Positions 36,208-45,573 of a stretch of 64,000 bases of DNA are shown here, piece after piece (within the stretch, counting starts at the first letter, position 1; each line of letters opens with the position of its first letter). Location of the stretch: positions 11,237 to 75,236 of the forward strand of contig JBBQFH010000005.1 of the NCBI GenBank assembly GCA_038321865.1. The letters are read 5' to 3'. The DNA is from Gemmatimonadales bacterium. GTDB lineage: Bacteria > Gemmatimonadota > Gemmatimonadetes > Gemmatimonadales > GWC2-71-9. Both the position numbers and the translations under genes were made by a program. Below the pieces are notes generated by a model, which saw only the letters and a list, made by a program, of their open reading frames with translations, ran no database searches and was not told where the DNA came from.

Positions 36208-36425
36208 GGTCAGTCCACTCCGTTAAGAGTCGGGGCGCGCCCTCGTGGCGCGAGAGCCAAGGTACGATGGTGTCGCCCATTCACAAGAGACTGATCGCCC
36301 TGCACCGGAGGGTGGGGTTGTGGCGGGACCGCCCGGAACGGTACTGTAGGACGGCGGACTGCAAACCTCTCTCGAGAAACGTGCGTGAGGGCCGAGGCCG
36401 CGTTCATCCAGGAGAATCTCGATTA

Positions 36426-37271
36426 ATGGACCCCAGCGCTTCCCCCAACGCCGCCTTCGTCGGGTCCATCCCCGAGTACTATCACCGGCACCTCGGGCCG
36501 CTCCTCTTCGCGGACTACGCGGCCGACCTCGCGGCGCGGATGCGCTTCGCCGAGGGGCGCGGGTCGGCGGTGCTGGAGCTGGCAGCCGGCACCGGCATCC
36601 TCACCCAGCAGGTGCTCGCGCGGCTGCCGGAGGGCGCCACACTGACCGCGACCGACCTGAACGCGCCGATGCTCGACGTGGCCCGGCACCGGCTCGGGAC
36701 CACCGGCCGAGGGGAAGGGGTGACCTGGCAGGTGGCGGACGCCACGGCGCTTCCCTTTCCGGATTCGGCGTTCGATGTCGTCGTCTGCCAGTTCGGCGTC
36801 ATGTTTTTCCCCGACAAGCCACGCGCGGCCGGCGAGGCGTTCCGCGTGCTTCGGCCCGGCGGCCAATGGCTGCTGAACGTCTGGGGCTCGTGGGACGAGA
36901 ACCCCTTCGCGCGCATCGTGCATGAGACGATCGCCCGTTTCTTTCCCGACGATCCGCCCGGGTTTTACCGGGTGCCGTTCGGCTTTTCCGATCCCGCCGG
37001 GCTCGAGGCGATGACCAAGGGGGCGGGGTTCGCGCGCCTGGAGCTGGTGACGCTGGACCGCCTCGTCGAAGCGCCGTCGGCCGCCGACGCCGCGCTGGGC
37101 CTGGTGCTCGGCAATCCCGTGATCACGGCAATCGAGGAGCGTGCCACCGCCAATTCGCCGGAAATCGTGTGGGCGGTCGCGGAGGCGCTGGCGCGCGCCT
37201 TCGGCGATCACCCGCTGCGATTGCCGACCAGGGTCCGGGTCATGTCCGCCACGCGGCCGCAGCATGGCTGA
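36426..37271 (+). CDS. Class I SAM-dependent methyltransferase
   Basis: F.GSIPE.Y...LGP, VLELAAGTG, TDLN.PML, ADA..LPF.D..FD, CQFGVMFFPD, RVLRPGG. Confidence 0.92.
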   Translation: MDPSASPNAAFVGSIPEYYHRHLGPLLFADYAADLAARMRFAEGRGSAVLELAAGTGILTQQVLARLPEGATLTATDLNAPMLDVARHRLGTTGRGEGVTWQVADATALPFPDSAFDVVVCQFGVMFFPDKPRAAGEAFRVLRPGGQWLLNVWGSWDENPFARIVHETIARFFPDDPPGFYRVPFGFSDPAGLEAMTKGAGFARLELVTLDRLVEAPSAADAALGLVLGNPVITAIEERATANSPEIVWAVAEALARAFGDHPLRLPTRVRVMSATRPQHG

Positions 37272-38433
37272 CGCGCCGGCCGCGCGGACGCGCCTCGAAG
37301 CGGTCGACGTCGTCCGCGGCGTCATCATGATCATCATGGCGCTCGATCACACACGGGATTACTTCGGTATTCCGGGCCAGAATCCCACCAATCTCGCCAC
37401 CGCTTCCGCGGCGCTGTTCCTCACGCGCTGGATCACCTTTTTCTGCGCGCCCGTCTTCTTTCTGCTGACCGGCACCGGCGCCTATCTGGCGCTGCGGCGG
37501 AAGACGCGGGCCGAGCTGTCCCGATTTCTGGTGACGCGCGGACTCTGGCTGATCGTCGTCGAGCTGGTGCTGATGCGGTGTCTCGCCTACCAGTTCAACT
37601 TCGACTATCGCGTCACCATGCTGCTCGTCCTCTGGGCGCTCGGCTGGGCGATGATCGCGCTTTCGGCGCTCATGTGGCTGCCCGCGTCCATCGTCACCAC
37701 GATCGGCGTGGTGCTGATGGCCGGGCACAACCTCCTGGACTCCATCCGGTCCACCAATCCGCTCTGGGCCATTCTGCATCAGCCGGGCTTCGTGCTCAAC
37801 ACGCCGGCGCACGTCGTGTTCGCCGCGTACCCGCTGATTCCGTGGATCGGCGTCACCGCAGTGGGCTATGGCCTGGGACAGGTATACCGGTGGGATCAGG
37901 CGCGCCGCAGGACGCTGCTCCTCCGCCTGGGCATCGCGCTGACGGTCGCGTTCTTCGTGGTGCGCGGCATCAACGTCTACGGCGACCCGTCCCGCTGGGC
38001 CGCGCAGAAGACGTCCCTGTTCACCGTGCTGTCGTTCCTGAACGTCACCAAGTATCCGCCCTCGCTGTCGTTCCTGCTGATGACGCTGGGGCCGGCGCTG
38101 ATCTTCCTTTGGGCGGTGGACCGGCGGGTACCGCCAGCGCTGCGCCCGGCGGTCGTGATCGGTCGGGTGCCGATGTTCTACTACATGATCCACTTCGCGC
38201 TGATCCACCTGCTTGCGGTCATCGTCTGCCATGCGCGCTACGGCTCGGCCCACTGGATGTTCCAGTCACCCGATCTGGGTAACTACCCGTTCACCCCGCC
38301 GCCGGGATGGGGCTGGTCACTGCCGGTGGTCTATCTGGTCTGGGCACTCGTGGTGACGGCGATGTACCCGCTGTGCCGGTGGTTCGCGGGTGTCAAGCAG
38401 CGGCGGAGCGACGCCTGGCTGAGCTACCTGTAA
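37264..38433 (+). CDS. DUF1624 / heparan-alpha-glucosaminide N-acetyltransferase-domain membrane protein
   Basis: DVVRG..MIIMALDH.RD, RWIT.FCAPVF, YPLIPW, FLNVTKYPPSL, WLSYL. Confidence 0.85.
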   Translation: MADAPAARTRLEAVDVVRGVIMIIMALDHTRDYFGIPGQNPTNLATASAALFLTRWITFFCAPVFFLLTGTGAYLALRRKTRAELSRFLVTRGLWLIVVELVLMRCLAYQFNFDYRVTMLLVLWALGWAMIALSALMWLPASIVTTIGVVLMAGHNLLDSIRSTNPLWAILHQPGFVLNTPAHVVFAAYPLIPWIGVTAVGYGLGQVYRWDQARRRTLLLRLGIALTVAFFVVRGINVYGDPSRWAAQKTSLFTVLSFLNVTKYPPSLSFLLMTLGPALIFLWAVDRRVPPALRPAVVIGRVPMFYYMIHFALIHLLAVIVCHARYGSAHWMFQSPDLGNYPFTPPPGWGWSLPVVYLVWALVVTAMYPLCRWFAGVKQRRSDAWLSYL

Positions 38434-38461
38434 TCGTCCTTCCCGCACCATCGGAGCCGGT

Positions 38462-38734
38462 ATGGAACCCACGACCGCATTCGTGCTCGGCGCGCTGATC
38501 GCGTCGGTGAAGGGGATCGGACTGGTCGCCATCGGGGCCGGCATCGCCTGGTGGCGCGCCCGGCGCCGGGTTCGCGAGCTGGAAGCGCAGCTGGCGGCCG
38601 CCGCCCTGCCGGACGGCGGCGATCTTGCCCGGCTCGAGCAGGGTATCGACTATCTCGGCGGCCGGATGAATACACTGGCCGAGCAGCAGCAGACCCTCCT
38701 CCGACGCCTTTCCCCCGGCGGCGAGGGTCCATGA
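38462..38734 (+). CDS. Small membrane-anchored coiled-coil protein
   Basis: N-terminal hydrophobic segment; LARLEQGIDYL...MNTLAEQQ..LLRRL. Confidence 0.7.
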   Translation: MEPTTAFVLGALIASVKGIGLVAIGAGIAWWRARRRVRELEAQLAAAALPDGGDLARLEQGIDYLGGRMNTLAEQQQTLLRRLSPGGEGP

Positions 38735-38836
38735 GAACGGCGATTCAGTTGCCCCCGCCCATTCCAGGGCGTACGTTATCGGCGCCCTTCCGTTCCTGAT
38801 CCGTCTCTGCCACTCTCCGTAACCTGGGAGCACGAC

Positions 38837-39316
38837 ATGCGTAGCCTCGCAGTGTGCTGTGCCGTGGTCGTCACTGCTGCGTGCGCCAAAGGCGAGCAGA
38901 AACCCACCATGGATTCGACGGCGACCGCACCGGTCACGGCGGCTCCCGCCCCGCCGGCCCCGGCGCCGGTCTCGCTCGCCAGCGTCGCCGGCACCTGGAA
39001 CATGCGGACGATGGCGGCCGGCAGCGACAGCGTGCTGGTGAGCTACCAGATGGTCGCGACAGCCGACACCACGGGCTGGGCCTTCCACTTCCCCAAGCGC
39101 GCGCCGGTCGCCATTCGCATCCTGTCCGTCGCGGGCGACAGCATCGTCACCGAGTCCGGCCCCTACCAGAGCGTGCTGCGCAACGGCGCCAAGGTGACAA
39201 CCAACAGCGTGATGCGCCTGCAGGACGGCAAGCTGATCGGCAGCACGGTCGCCCATTACACCAGCGGCCCCGATACGGTGCGGAACCTCCGGACCGAAGG
39301 CACGCGCGCGCCGTAA
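38837..39316 (+). CDS. Hypothetical beta-rich lipoprotein (paralog of 57106..57612)
   Basis: Lipobox TAAC; AGTW, VATAD..GW, GDS....GPY.S.LR, VAHY, RTEG. Confidence 0.8.
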   Translation: MRSLAVCCAVVVTAACAKGEQKPTMDSTATAPVTAAPAPPAPAPVSLASVAGTWNMRTMAAGSDSVLVSYQMVATADTTGWAFHFPKRAPVAIRILSVAGDSIVTESGPYQSVLRNGAKVTTNSVMRLQDGKLIGSTVAHYTSGPDTVRNLRTEGTRAP

Positions 39317-39344
39317 GCGGGACTGGATACGCGGGAGGCCACTC

Positions 39345-39749
39345 GTGCTGGTCCACGGCCTGACGCCGATTCTCAACGTATCGAACCTCACGCAGAGCTT
39401 CGAGTGGTTCGCGAAGCTGGGCTGGACCAGGTGCTGGGACTGGGGCGACCCACCGAGCTTCGGTTCGGTCCAGAACGGCACGATCCAGATCTTCCTCTGC
39501 CTGGATGGACAGGGCTGCCGAGGCGGGCCGTCTCCCCGCTTTGCGGGAGACGATGAAACGGGCGGCACCTGGATGAGCTGGTGGGTCGACTCACCGGCGG
39601 CGGTGGATGCAGCACACGCGGCCGCGCTCGCCGCCGGCGTGACCGTCACCTGGCCGCCGACCGATGAACCATGGGGGGTGCGTGAATGTCATGTTCGACA
39701 TCCCGACGGTCACACCTTCCGCGTGAGCGCATCATTGGAGGAGGAGTGA
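39345..39749 (+). CDS. VOC/bleomycin-resistance family protein
   Basis: TPILNVS....SFEWF.KLGW, PPTDEPWGVRE.HVRHPDGH.FRVS. Confidence 0.85.
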   Translation: MLVHGLTPILNVSNLTQSFEWFAKLGWTRCWDWGDPPSFGSVQNGTIQIFLCLDGQGCRGGPSPRFAGDDETGGTWMSWWVDSPAAVDAAHAAALAAGVTVTWPPTDEPWGVRECHVRHPDGHTFRVSASLEEE

Positions 39750-40969
39750 TCCAGCGCGCCCTGGCGATCGCGGTCCTCGCCGTGGGCCCCGCGGCTGGCA
39801 CGGCCCAGGCCCAGCACCCGGCGCCGTTCCTGTATGTGTGGAGCGGCGACGCCGACAGGACCGACAGCGATTTCCTCGCGGTCATAGACGCGCGGCCCGG
39901 GTCGCCGACGTATGCGCGCGTAATCTCGACCCTGCCGGTCGGCGCGCGGGCGACCGGTCCCCACCACACCGAGCACCAGCTCGAGCGCGACCAGCTGCTG
40001 TTCGCCAACGGATTCGGTTCCGGTCGCACCTTCCGCTTCGACCTGACCCACCCCGGCCAGCCTCGGCTGCTCGGCTCCTTCACCGAAGAGGGCGGGTTCA
40101 ATCATCCGCATTCGTTCGTGCGGCTGGCCAACGGACACCTGCTGGCCACCTTTCAGGGCCACGGTCCGAAGAACACTCCGCCCGGCGGACTGGTCGAGCT
40201 CGATCGCGAGGGCCGCTTCATTCGCGGCACCAGCGCCCGCTCCGCCGCGTTCGACAGCACCCAGCTGCGGCCGTACAGTCTGGCCGTACTGCCGGCGATC
40301 GACCGCGTCGTGTCCACCAGCACCGACATGACCGGCGATTTCGGCGCGCATCTCCAGATCTGGCGCCTGTCCGACCTCAGCCTGCTCCGGACCGTCGAGC
40401 TGCCGGCCACCGCCGCGAACGACGGCCATGTCCACGACGGCGCGATCAGCCCGCACGAGGATCACCATCTCTTCCCCGGCGAGCCGCGCCTCCTCGCCGA
40501 TGGCCGGACCGTGCTCCTCGCCACCTTCACCTGTGGCTTCTACCGGGTGACCGACATCGCCGCGCCCAGCCCCCACGTAGAGTTTCTCCGCGCCTTCGCC
40601 GGCGAGAACTGCGCGGTGCCGCTGCTGGTCGGTTCCACCTGGATTCAGACGGTGCCCGACGAGCATGCCCTCATCACGCTCGATGTCTCCGACCCGGGCC
40701 GTCCACGGGAAACCGGTCGCGTCGTCTTCGATTCCCTGTTCGCGCCCCACTGGATGGCGTACGACGCAGGCGGATCCCGCCTCGTCGTGAACGATGCCAA
40801 GACCCGCCTGTTCATCGTCGCGCTCGACCGCCGGACGGGCAGTCTCCGGATCGATGAGACGTTTCGTGATTCGGCGGCCGCGGTGGCCGGCGTCAGCTTC
40901 GCGCGCGCCCAGTGGCCGCACGGCGCCACCGGCCCCGCCGTGCCCCACGGTTCGGTGTTCGCACGCTGA
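39746..40969 (+). CDS. Secreted beta-propeller of the selenium-binding protein (SBP56/methanethiol oxidase)-like group
   Basis: LYVW.GD....DSDFLAVID..PGSPTY..VI.T.P......PHH, HPHSF.RL.NG, PGGLVELD, PHWMA, PHGSVF. Confidence 0.7.
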   Translation: MIQRALAIAVLAVGPAAGTAQAQHPAPFLYVWSGDADRTDSDFLAVIDARPGSPTYARVISTLPVGARATGPHHTEHQLERDQLLFANGFGSGRTFRFDLTHPGQPRLLGSFTEEGGFNHPHSFVRLANGHLLATFQGHGPKNTPPGGLVELDREGRFIRGTSARSAAFDSTQLRPYSLAVLPAIDRVVSTSTDMTGDFGAHLQIWRLSDLSLLRTVELPATAANDGHVHDGAISPHEDHHLFPGEPRLLADGRTVLLATFTCGFYRVTDIAAPSPHVEFLRAFAGENCAVPLLVGSTWIQTVPDEHALITLDVSDPGRPRETGRVVFDSLFAPHWMAYDAGGSRLVVNDAKTRLFIVALDRRTGSLRIDETFRDSAAAVAGVSFARAQWPHGATGPAVPHGSVFAR

Positions 40970-41005
40970 CCAGGCCCCGGCGCTACCGCGAGATCGACGA
41001 CCCGT

Positions 41006-42910
41006 TCAGCGTGCCCGCGGTGCCGCACCCCAGCGGTTGTTCGTACTGTCCGCGTCCATCCAGATCCCTCCCGCCAGCGCCACCGACGTGATCCGCTTCT
41101 TCGTCGGAATCACGACAGTCGTGCGCCGAGGGTTCGCCTTCCACACGGCTGCGCTCTGTCGCAGGGTGGCCGACGAGCCGTCGCTGTAGCCGACGTTCAG
41201 ATCCACTGGCGCCGGCATCCCCCCGACGTTGTCGATCACGACCTGCCATCCGCGGGCGGTCCGGGTCACCCCTCCGACCGCGAAATCGATGTAGCTGGTG
41301 CTGAAGAACCACCCCTGCCAGAACCAGTCCAGGTTCCGGCCGGTGGCGCTGTTGAATGAATTGAAGAAGTCCCACGGAATAGGGTGCTTGCCGTGCCAGC
41401 GGTCCATGTACGCGTGAAGTCCTGCACGAAACAGTGAGTCGCCCAGCATCTCTTTGAGGGCGAGGTAACCCAGGGCCGGCTTGACGTAGCCGTTGTCGCC
41501 GGAGGCGTACGGCGTGACGATGGGGAGCTCGTCCTGGATCGGCGGGTTGTAGGTCCAGCCGTCGACCCGGAACTGGCGGAAATTGTCGGCGGCCTTGGCA
41601 GGCCCCAGGTCGGCCTGCGACACCAGGTACTCGAAGGTCGTGGCCCACCCCTCGTCCATAAAGGCGTGGCGGGTTTCGTTGATGCCCATGTAGAAGGGGA
41701 ACCAGGTGTGCGCGATCTCGTGCTCGGCGACGAAGCGCGAGAATGTCGTATCCGCGTAGCTCTCGTCGTTCACCATCATCGGGTATTCCATCCCGGCAAA
41801 TCCCTCGACGACCGTGGTCTTCTCGTACGGGTACGGGACGCCGGGCCAGTTGCGCGAGAGCCACTGGAGCCCGTGCGCCGCATAGCGCGCCATCTGGTGG
41901 TAGTCGGCCGCGGTGTCGTTGTAGGCCGCCTGCGCACTGGCCCGGCGGCCCGTCGCATCGTCCACGACGACGCTCGTGGCGTCCCAGTCGTAGTGGTCAC
42001 TCATGGCGAAGGTCATGTCGGGAACGTTGGTGGCCGTGAAGTGCCATGCGTTCATCGCCTGCTGCGCGGTAACGCGCCTGGCCGACAGATCGGCCGCCGT
42101 CGCGACACGAATCGTCGTATCCGAGGTGAGCGACTGTCGCAGCCGCTCCGCGATCGCGGGCTGGAGTACGTCCGCCGGATTCTGCAGCGTGCCGGTGCCC
42201 CAGACGACATAGTTGGCCGGCGCCTGCACCGTCACGTCGTAGTCGTTGAAGTCGCTGTAGAACTCGAGCCGGTCGTCGAACGAATAGGTGTCCCAGCCGT
42301 TGTAGTCGTCATAGACGGCGACGCGGGGATAGAAGTAGGCCAGGTAGAACGTCGTCGAATCGATGGCCCCCTCCCGCCCGCTCTGCCGCGACATGTCGTA
42401 GTGCCACGCGAGGGCGAGATGCACCGAATCGTGCGGCATGAGCGGCGCGGGAAGGGCGACGAACTGGCTGGTGAACACGTTGGCGTCCGGGGGCCACGCG
42501 GCCTTGTGGCCGTTCGCCGCGAAGGAGTCCACGTGGACGCCGGAGGTGAGGTAGTCGGCACCGGCGTTTCCGGCCCGTGCGGCCCCCGGCTTGTGGATGT
42601 TGACCAGCAGCTTGAACACCAGTCGCCGCAGCGTGTCCGGACTGTTGTTCGTGTACACGATCTGCTCGGTCCCGTAAATGGCCCGCGCCGGCGGCGCGGC
42701 CGTCACCGTGATGGTGTAGCGACCATGGTTCTGCCAGTAGGCGGCGCCGGGCCGGCCGTCGGGGGACCGCGTGTGCCGGACATAGGCGCGCTTCACGGCG
42801 CGCGGCTGGTACAGCGCCTGGGCAGTGGCTTCCTGCGCAGACAGGGCGGCGAGCAGCCCGATCAGTCCAAGGACCGTGAGGACGCTGGCGGATCGTGAGA
42901 GGCGGATCAT
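41006..42910 (-). CDS. M1 family metallopeptidase (secreted)
   Basis: DGRPG..YWQN, YFYPRVAVYDD..GW, AGMEYPM, HEIAHTWFP...MDEG, KHP.PWDFF. Confidence 0.92.
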   Translation of the reverse strand: MIRLSRSASVLTVLGLIGLLAALSAQEATAQALYQPRAVKRAYVRHTRSPDGRPGAAYWQNHGRYTITVTAAPPARAIYGTEQIVYTNNSPDTLRRLVFKLLVNIHKPGAARAGNAGADYLTSGVHVDSFAANGHKAAWPPDANVFTSQFVALPAPLMPHDSVHLALAWHYDMSRQSGREGAIDSTTFYLAYFYPRVAVYDDYNGWDTYSFDDRLEFYSDFNDYDVTVQAPANYVVWGTGTLQNPADVLQPAIAERLRQSLTSDTTIRVATAADLSARRVTAQQAMNAWHFTATNVPDMTFAMSDHYDWDATSVVVDDATGRRASAQAAYNDTAADYHQMARYAAHGLQWLSRNWPGVPYPYEKTTVVEGFAGMEYPMMVNDESYADTTFSRFVAEHEIAHTWFPFYMGINETRHAFMDEGWATTFEYLVSQADLGPAKAADNFRQFRVDGWTYNPPIQDELPIVTPYASGDNGYVKPALGYLALKEMLGDSLFRAGLHAYMDRWHGKHPIPWDFFNSFNSATGRNLDWFWQGWFFSTSYIDFAVGGVTRTARGWQVVIDNVGGMPAPVDLNVGYSDGSSATLRQSAAVWKANPRRTTVVIPTKKRITSVALAGGIWMDADSTNNRWGAAPRAR

Positions 42911-43013
42911 GGGCGATCGCTTTCGGCTCTGAAGGCGGCGGCGGACGGACGACCTCATCAAGTGTAGCGGAGACGGGTGGATCCTACGTGTCCGAAAGGA
43001 ATTGGTTGCAGGA

Positions 43014-44462
43014 CTAGGCGACGGTGCCGCCGGCCGCGCGCGCGATGCCGCGCAGCATGCCGCGAAACACCAGTTCGTGGACCGGGTACAGGGCATACCA
43101 GTAGAGCCTGCCGGTCAGGCCCGACGGGTCGAAGGTGGCGGTTTGCCTGATCGTCGTCGTCGAGCCGTGGCCGACGACCTCGAACTCGAGCCACGCGCGG
43201 CCCGGCAGCTTCATCTCCGCCACCAGCCGGAGCCGCCGGTTCGGCTCGATCGCCTCGACGCGCCAGAAGTCGACCGGATCGCCGGCTCGGAGCGTCGACC
43301 GCGCCGGACGGCCGCGCCGCATCCCCACACCCCCGCCCAGCAGGTCCAGTGCGCCGCGCAGCCGCCAGAGCCAGTTCCAGGCGTACCACCCAGTATCACC
43401 TCCGATGCGCTCGATGGCACGAAAGGCCACGTCAGGCATCACGGCGACCACCGCACTGCGCGAGTCGCTCAGCCGCGCGTCTGGCGTCGCGTCGCTCCCG
43501 ACCCGCGGTGCTCCAGCCGAAGACACGGCATCGTACCATCGCGTCTCGGCAGCGGCCTTCGCGTCACTTGCGATGGCGCGCCGCACCGCCTCCTCGACGC
43601 CGACCGGCCGGATGGCGAAGGCCGTCAGCGCTTCGGGATCCCGGACAACGGTGGAATGCACGATGCTTTCGATGAGCTTGCGTCCGATGCGGGCGTACAG
43701 CGGGGTCACCAGGCCGAGCCAGAGGCTGGACACGAACGGCGTCAGCACGGGCACCGGAATCATGTGGCAGGGAAGCCCTCGCAGGCGGGCATAGACCCGC
43801 ATGATATCGGCGTAGGACACCTGGTCGGCACCGCCTATCTCGTAGACCCGGCATTGGCGGGCCGAGAGGTTCAGCGCGAGCACCAGGTAGTCGAGGAGGT
43901 CGTCGATCGCGATCGGCTGGGCCGGCACCTTGACCCATCGCGGCGTGATCATCACCGGCAGGCGCTCGACCAGCGCGCGAATCATCTCGAACGACAAGCT
44001 ATTCGATCCGATGACGATCGAGGCGCGAAACTCGACGACCGGAATGCCGGAGGCGCTCAGGATGCGGCCGACTTCGTGGCGGCTCCGGAGATGCGCCGAC
44101 AGCCGCTCCTCCTCCCGTCCGAGTCCGCCGAGATAGATGATCCGCTCCACGCCGGCCGCCTTTGCCGCGGCGGCGAAATTGGTCGCCGCCTGCCGGTCGG
44201 CGGCTTCGAACGAGCCAGTTGCGCCCATCGAGTGCACGAGATAGTAGGCAACGGAGACACCCGTGAGCGCCGCGTCCAGGCTTGCGCGATCGAGCACGTC
44301 GCCGGCGACGATCTCGGTGGATGACTGCACCCGATGAGCCAGCACTTCCGGCCGGCGCGCCAGGCAGCGCAGCCGCGGGCCGCGGGCCTCGAGGCGCGCG
44401 AGCAGGCGTCCGCCGACGTAACCGGTGGCACCGGTCAGGAGGATGAGGGGCGAATCGGGCAC
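43014..44462 (-). CDS. SDR/NAD(P)-binding oxidoreductase with DUF2867 domain (YbjT-like)
   Basis: ILLTGATGYVGG, AYYLVHSM, SAHLRSR.EV, QPIAI.D, IGG..GWY, DFWRVE, AEMKLPGRAWLEF, GRLYWY. Confidence 0.9.
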   Translation of the reverse strand: MPDSPLILLTGATGYVGGRLLARLEARGPRLRCLARRPEVLAHRVQSSTEIVAGDVLDRASLDAALTGVSVAYYLVHSMGATGSFEAADRQAATNFAAAAKAAGVERIIYLGGLGREEERLSAHLRSRHEVGRILSASGIPVVEFRASIVIGSNSLSFEMIRALVERLPVMITPRWVKVPAQPIAIDDLLDYLVLALNLSARQCRVYEIGGADQVSYADIMRVYARLRGLPCHMIPVPVLTPFVSSLWLGLVTPLYARIGRKLIESIVHSTVVRDPEALTAFAIRPVGVEEAVRRAIASDAKAAAETRWYDAVSSAGAPRVGSDATPDARLSDSRSAVVAVMPDVAFRAIERIGGDTGWYAWNWLWRLRGALDLLGGGVGMRRGRPARSTLRAGDPVDFWRVEAIEPNRRLRLVAEMKLPGRAWLEFEVVGHGSTTTIRQTATFDPSGLTGRLYWYALYPVHELVFRGMLRGIARAAGGTVA

Positions 44463-44588
44463 AGCGCAATGTACCCGGCGGCGGCGATCGGCGGGGAATG
44501 GCTGAGTGTGGCCACTATCACCGCATCCGCGGGTCGCATACGGCCACCTTGTGAAGGTATGTCGATCCATCACCCTTCGGAGGTCATT

Positions 44589-45497
44589 ATGTCCCGCTTT
44601 TGCATGCATGCAGCACGCGTGGCCGCCGTGGCGATCGTCGCCCTGGTGATACCGCGCCATTCGGCGCAGGCGCAGGAGGCCCGCATGACCTGCGGCAGCA
44701 CCTCCGACGTGCAGCAGACCTGCCGGACCAACAACTACATCACCGCGGCTCGGGTGGAGCGGGACCTCAACGGGAACCGCTGCCGCCAGGGCTCGACCTG
44801 GGGCTTCAACAGCACGTCGATCTGGACCAACTCCGGCTGCCAGGCCGATTTCATTGTGACCTACGGCAACGGCGGCGTCGGGGCGGGCTCGGGCGTTGCC
44901 GGCACCACGCGCACGATCCGCTGCGGCGACTCGCACGGCGCGCTCGTACAGTGCAGCACCGGCGGCGGAGCCAGCAGCGTCCGCCTGAAGAGTCAGCAGC
45001 TGATGGGCGCGTGCCGCGAAGGCACCAGCTGGGGGTTCACCGATGCCTACGTCTGGACCAGCAAGATGTGCATCGGCGATTTCGAAGTGACCTACAACGG
45101 CCAGCCCACCGTCTATTCGAACGGCAACGTACCGGGCGGCGTGATCCAGAATGGCACCGCGGGCACGCGTATCATTACCTGCGGGGCCGGCACCGCCAAC
45201 GCGAACGGCGGGTACGGAGTCGATAACGGCAACGGCAACGGCAACGGCAATGGTAACGGCAACGGCAACGGTAACGGCAACGGCAACCGCGGCTACGGCA
45301 ACGGCAACGGTCGGGGGAATACCTTCTCCTGCGATGCCGGCGGCCGAATTGCGAGCGCGCGTCTGGTCCGGTCGGATAACGCACGGCGCTGCCGGCTGGG
45401 CAACAGCTGGGGCTTCACCCGGCGGCAGATCTGGACCAAGGCAGGGTGCCGTGGGGATTTCGAAGTCACCTACGCGGGCCAGTATCGCAATCAGTAG
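44589..45497 (+). CDS. Secreted DUF3011-like Cys-repeat protein with a Gly-Asn tract
   Basis: Signal peptide; three repeats of C..S.....C...C..G.SWG......WT..GC..DF.V. Confidence 0.82.
   Translation: MSRFCMHAARVAAVAIVALVIPRHSAQAQEARMTCGSTSDVQQTCRTNNYITAARVERDLNGNRCRQGSTWGFNSTSIWTNSGCQADFIVTYGNGGVGAGSGVAGTTRTIRCGDSHGALVQCSTGGGASSVRLKSQQLMGACREGTSWGFTDAYVWTSKMCIGDFEVTYNGQPTVYSNGNVPGGVIQNGTAGTRIITCGAGTANANGGYGVDNGNGNGNGNGNGNGNGNGNGNRGYGNGNGRGNTFSCDAGGRIASARLVRSDNARRCRLGNSWGFTRRQIWTKAGCRGDFEVTYAGQYRNQ
45225..45287 (+). repeat. (AACGGC)10 coding hexamer repeat encoding (NG)10
   Basis: Ten in-frame units; two carry synonymous variants (AATGGT, AACGGT). Confidence 0.9.
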
Positions 45498-45573
45498 ACC
45501 CGCCGGGCTCGCGGCCGTCGCATCGGGGCGTTCCCGGTGCGGCGGCCGACGGCGCCGGGCACTACCTTCCAGC

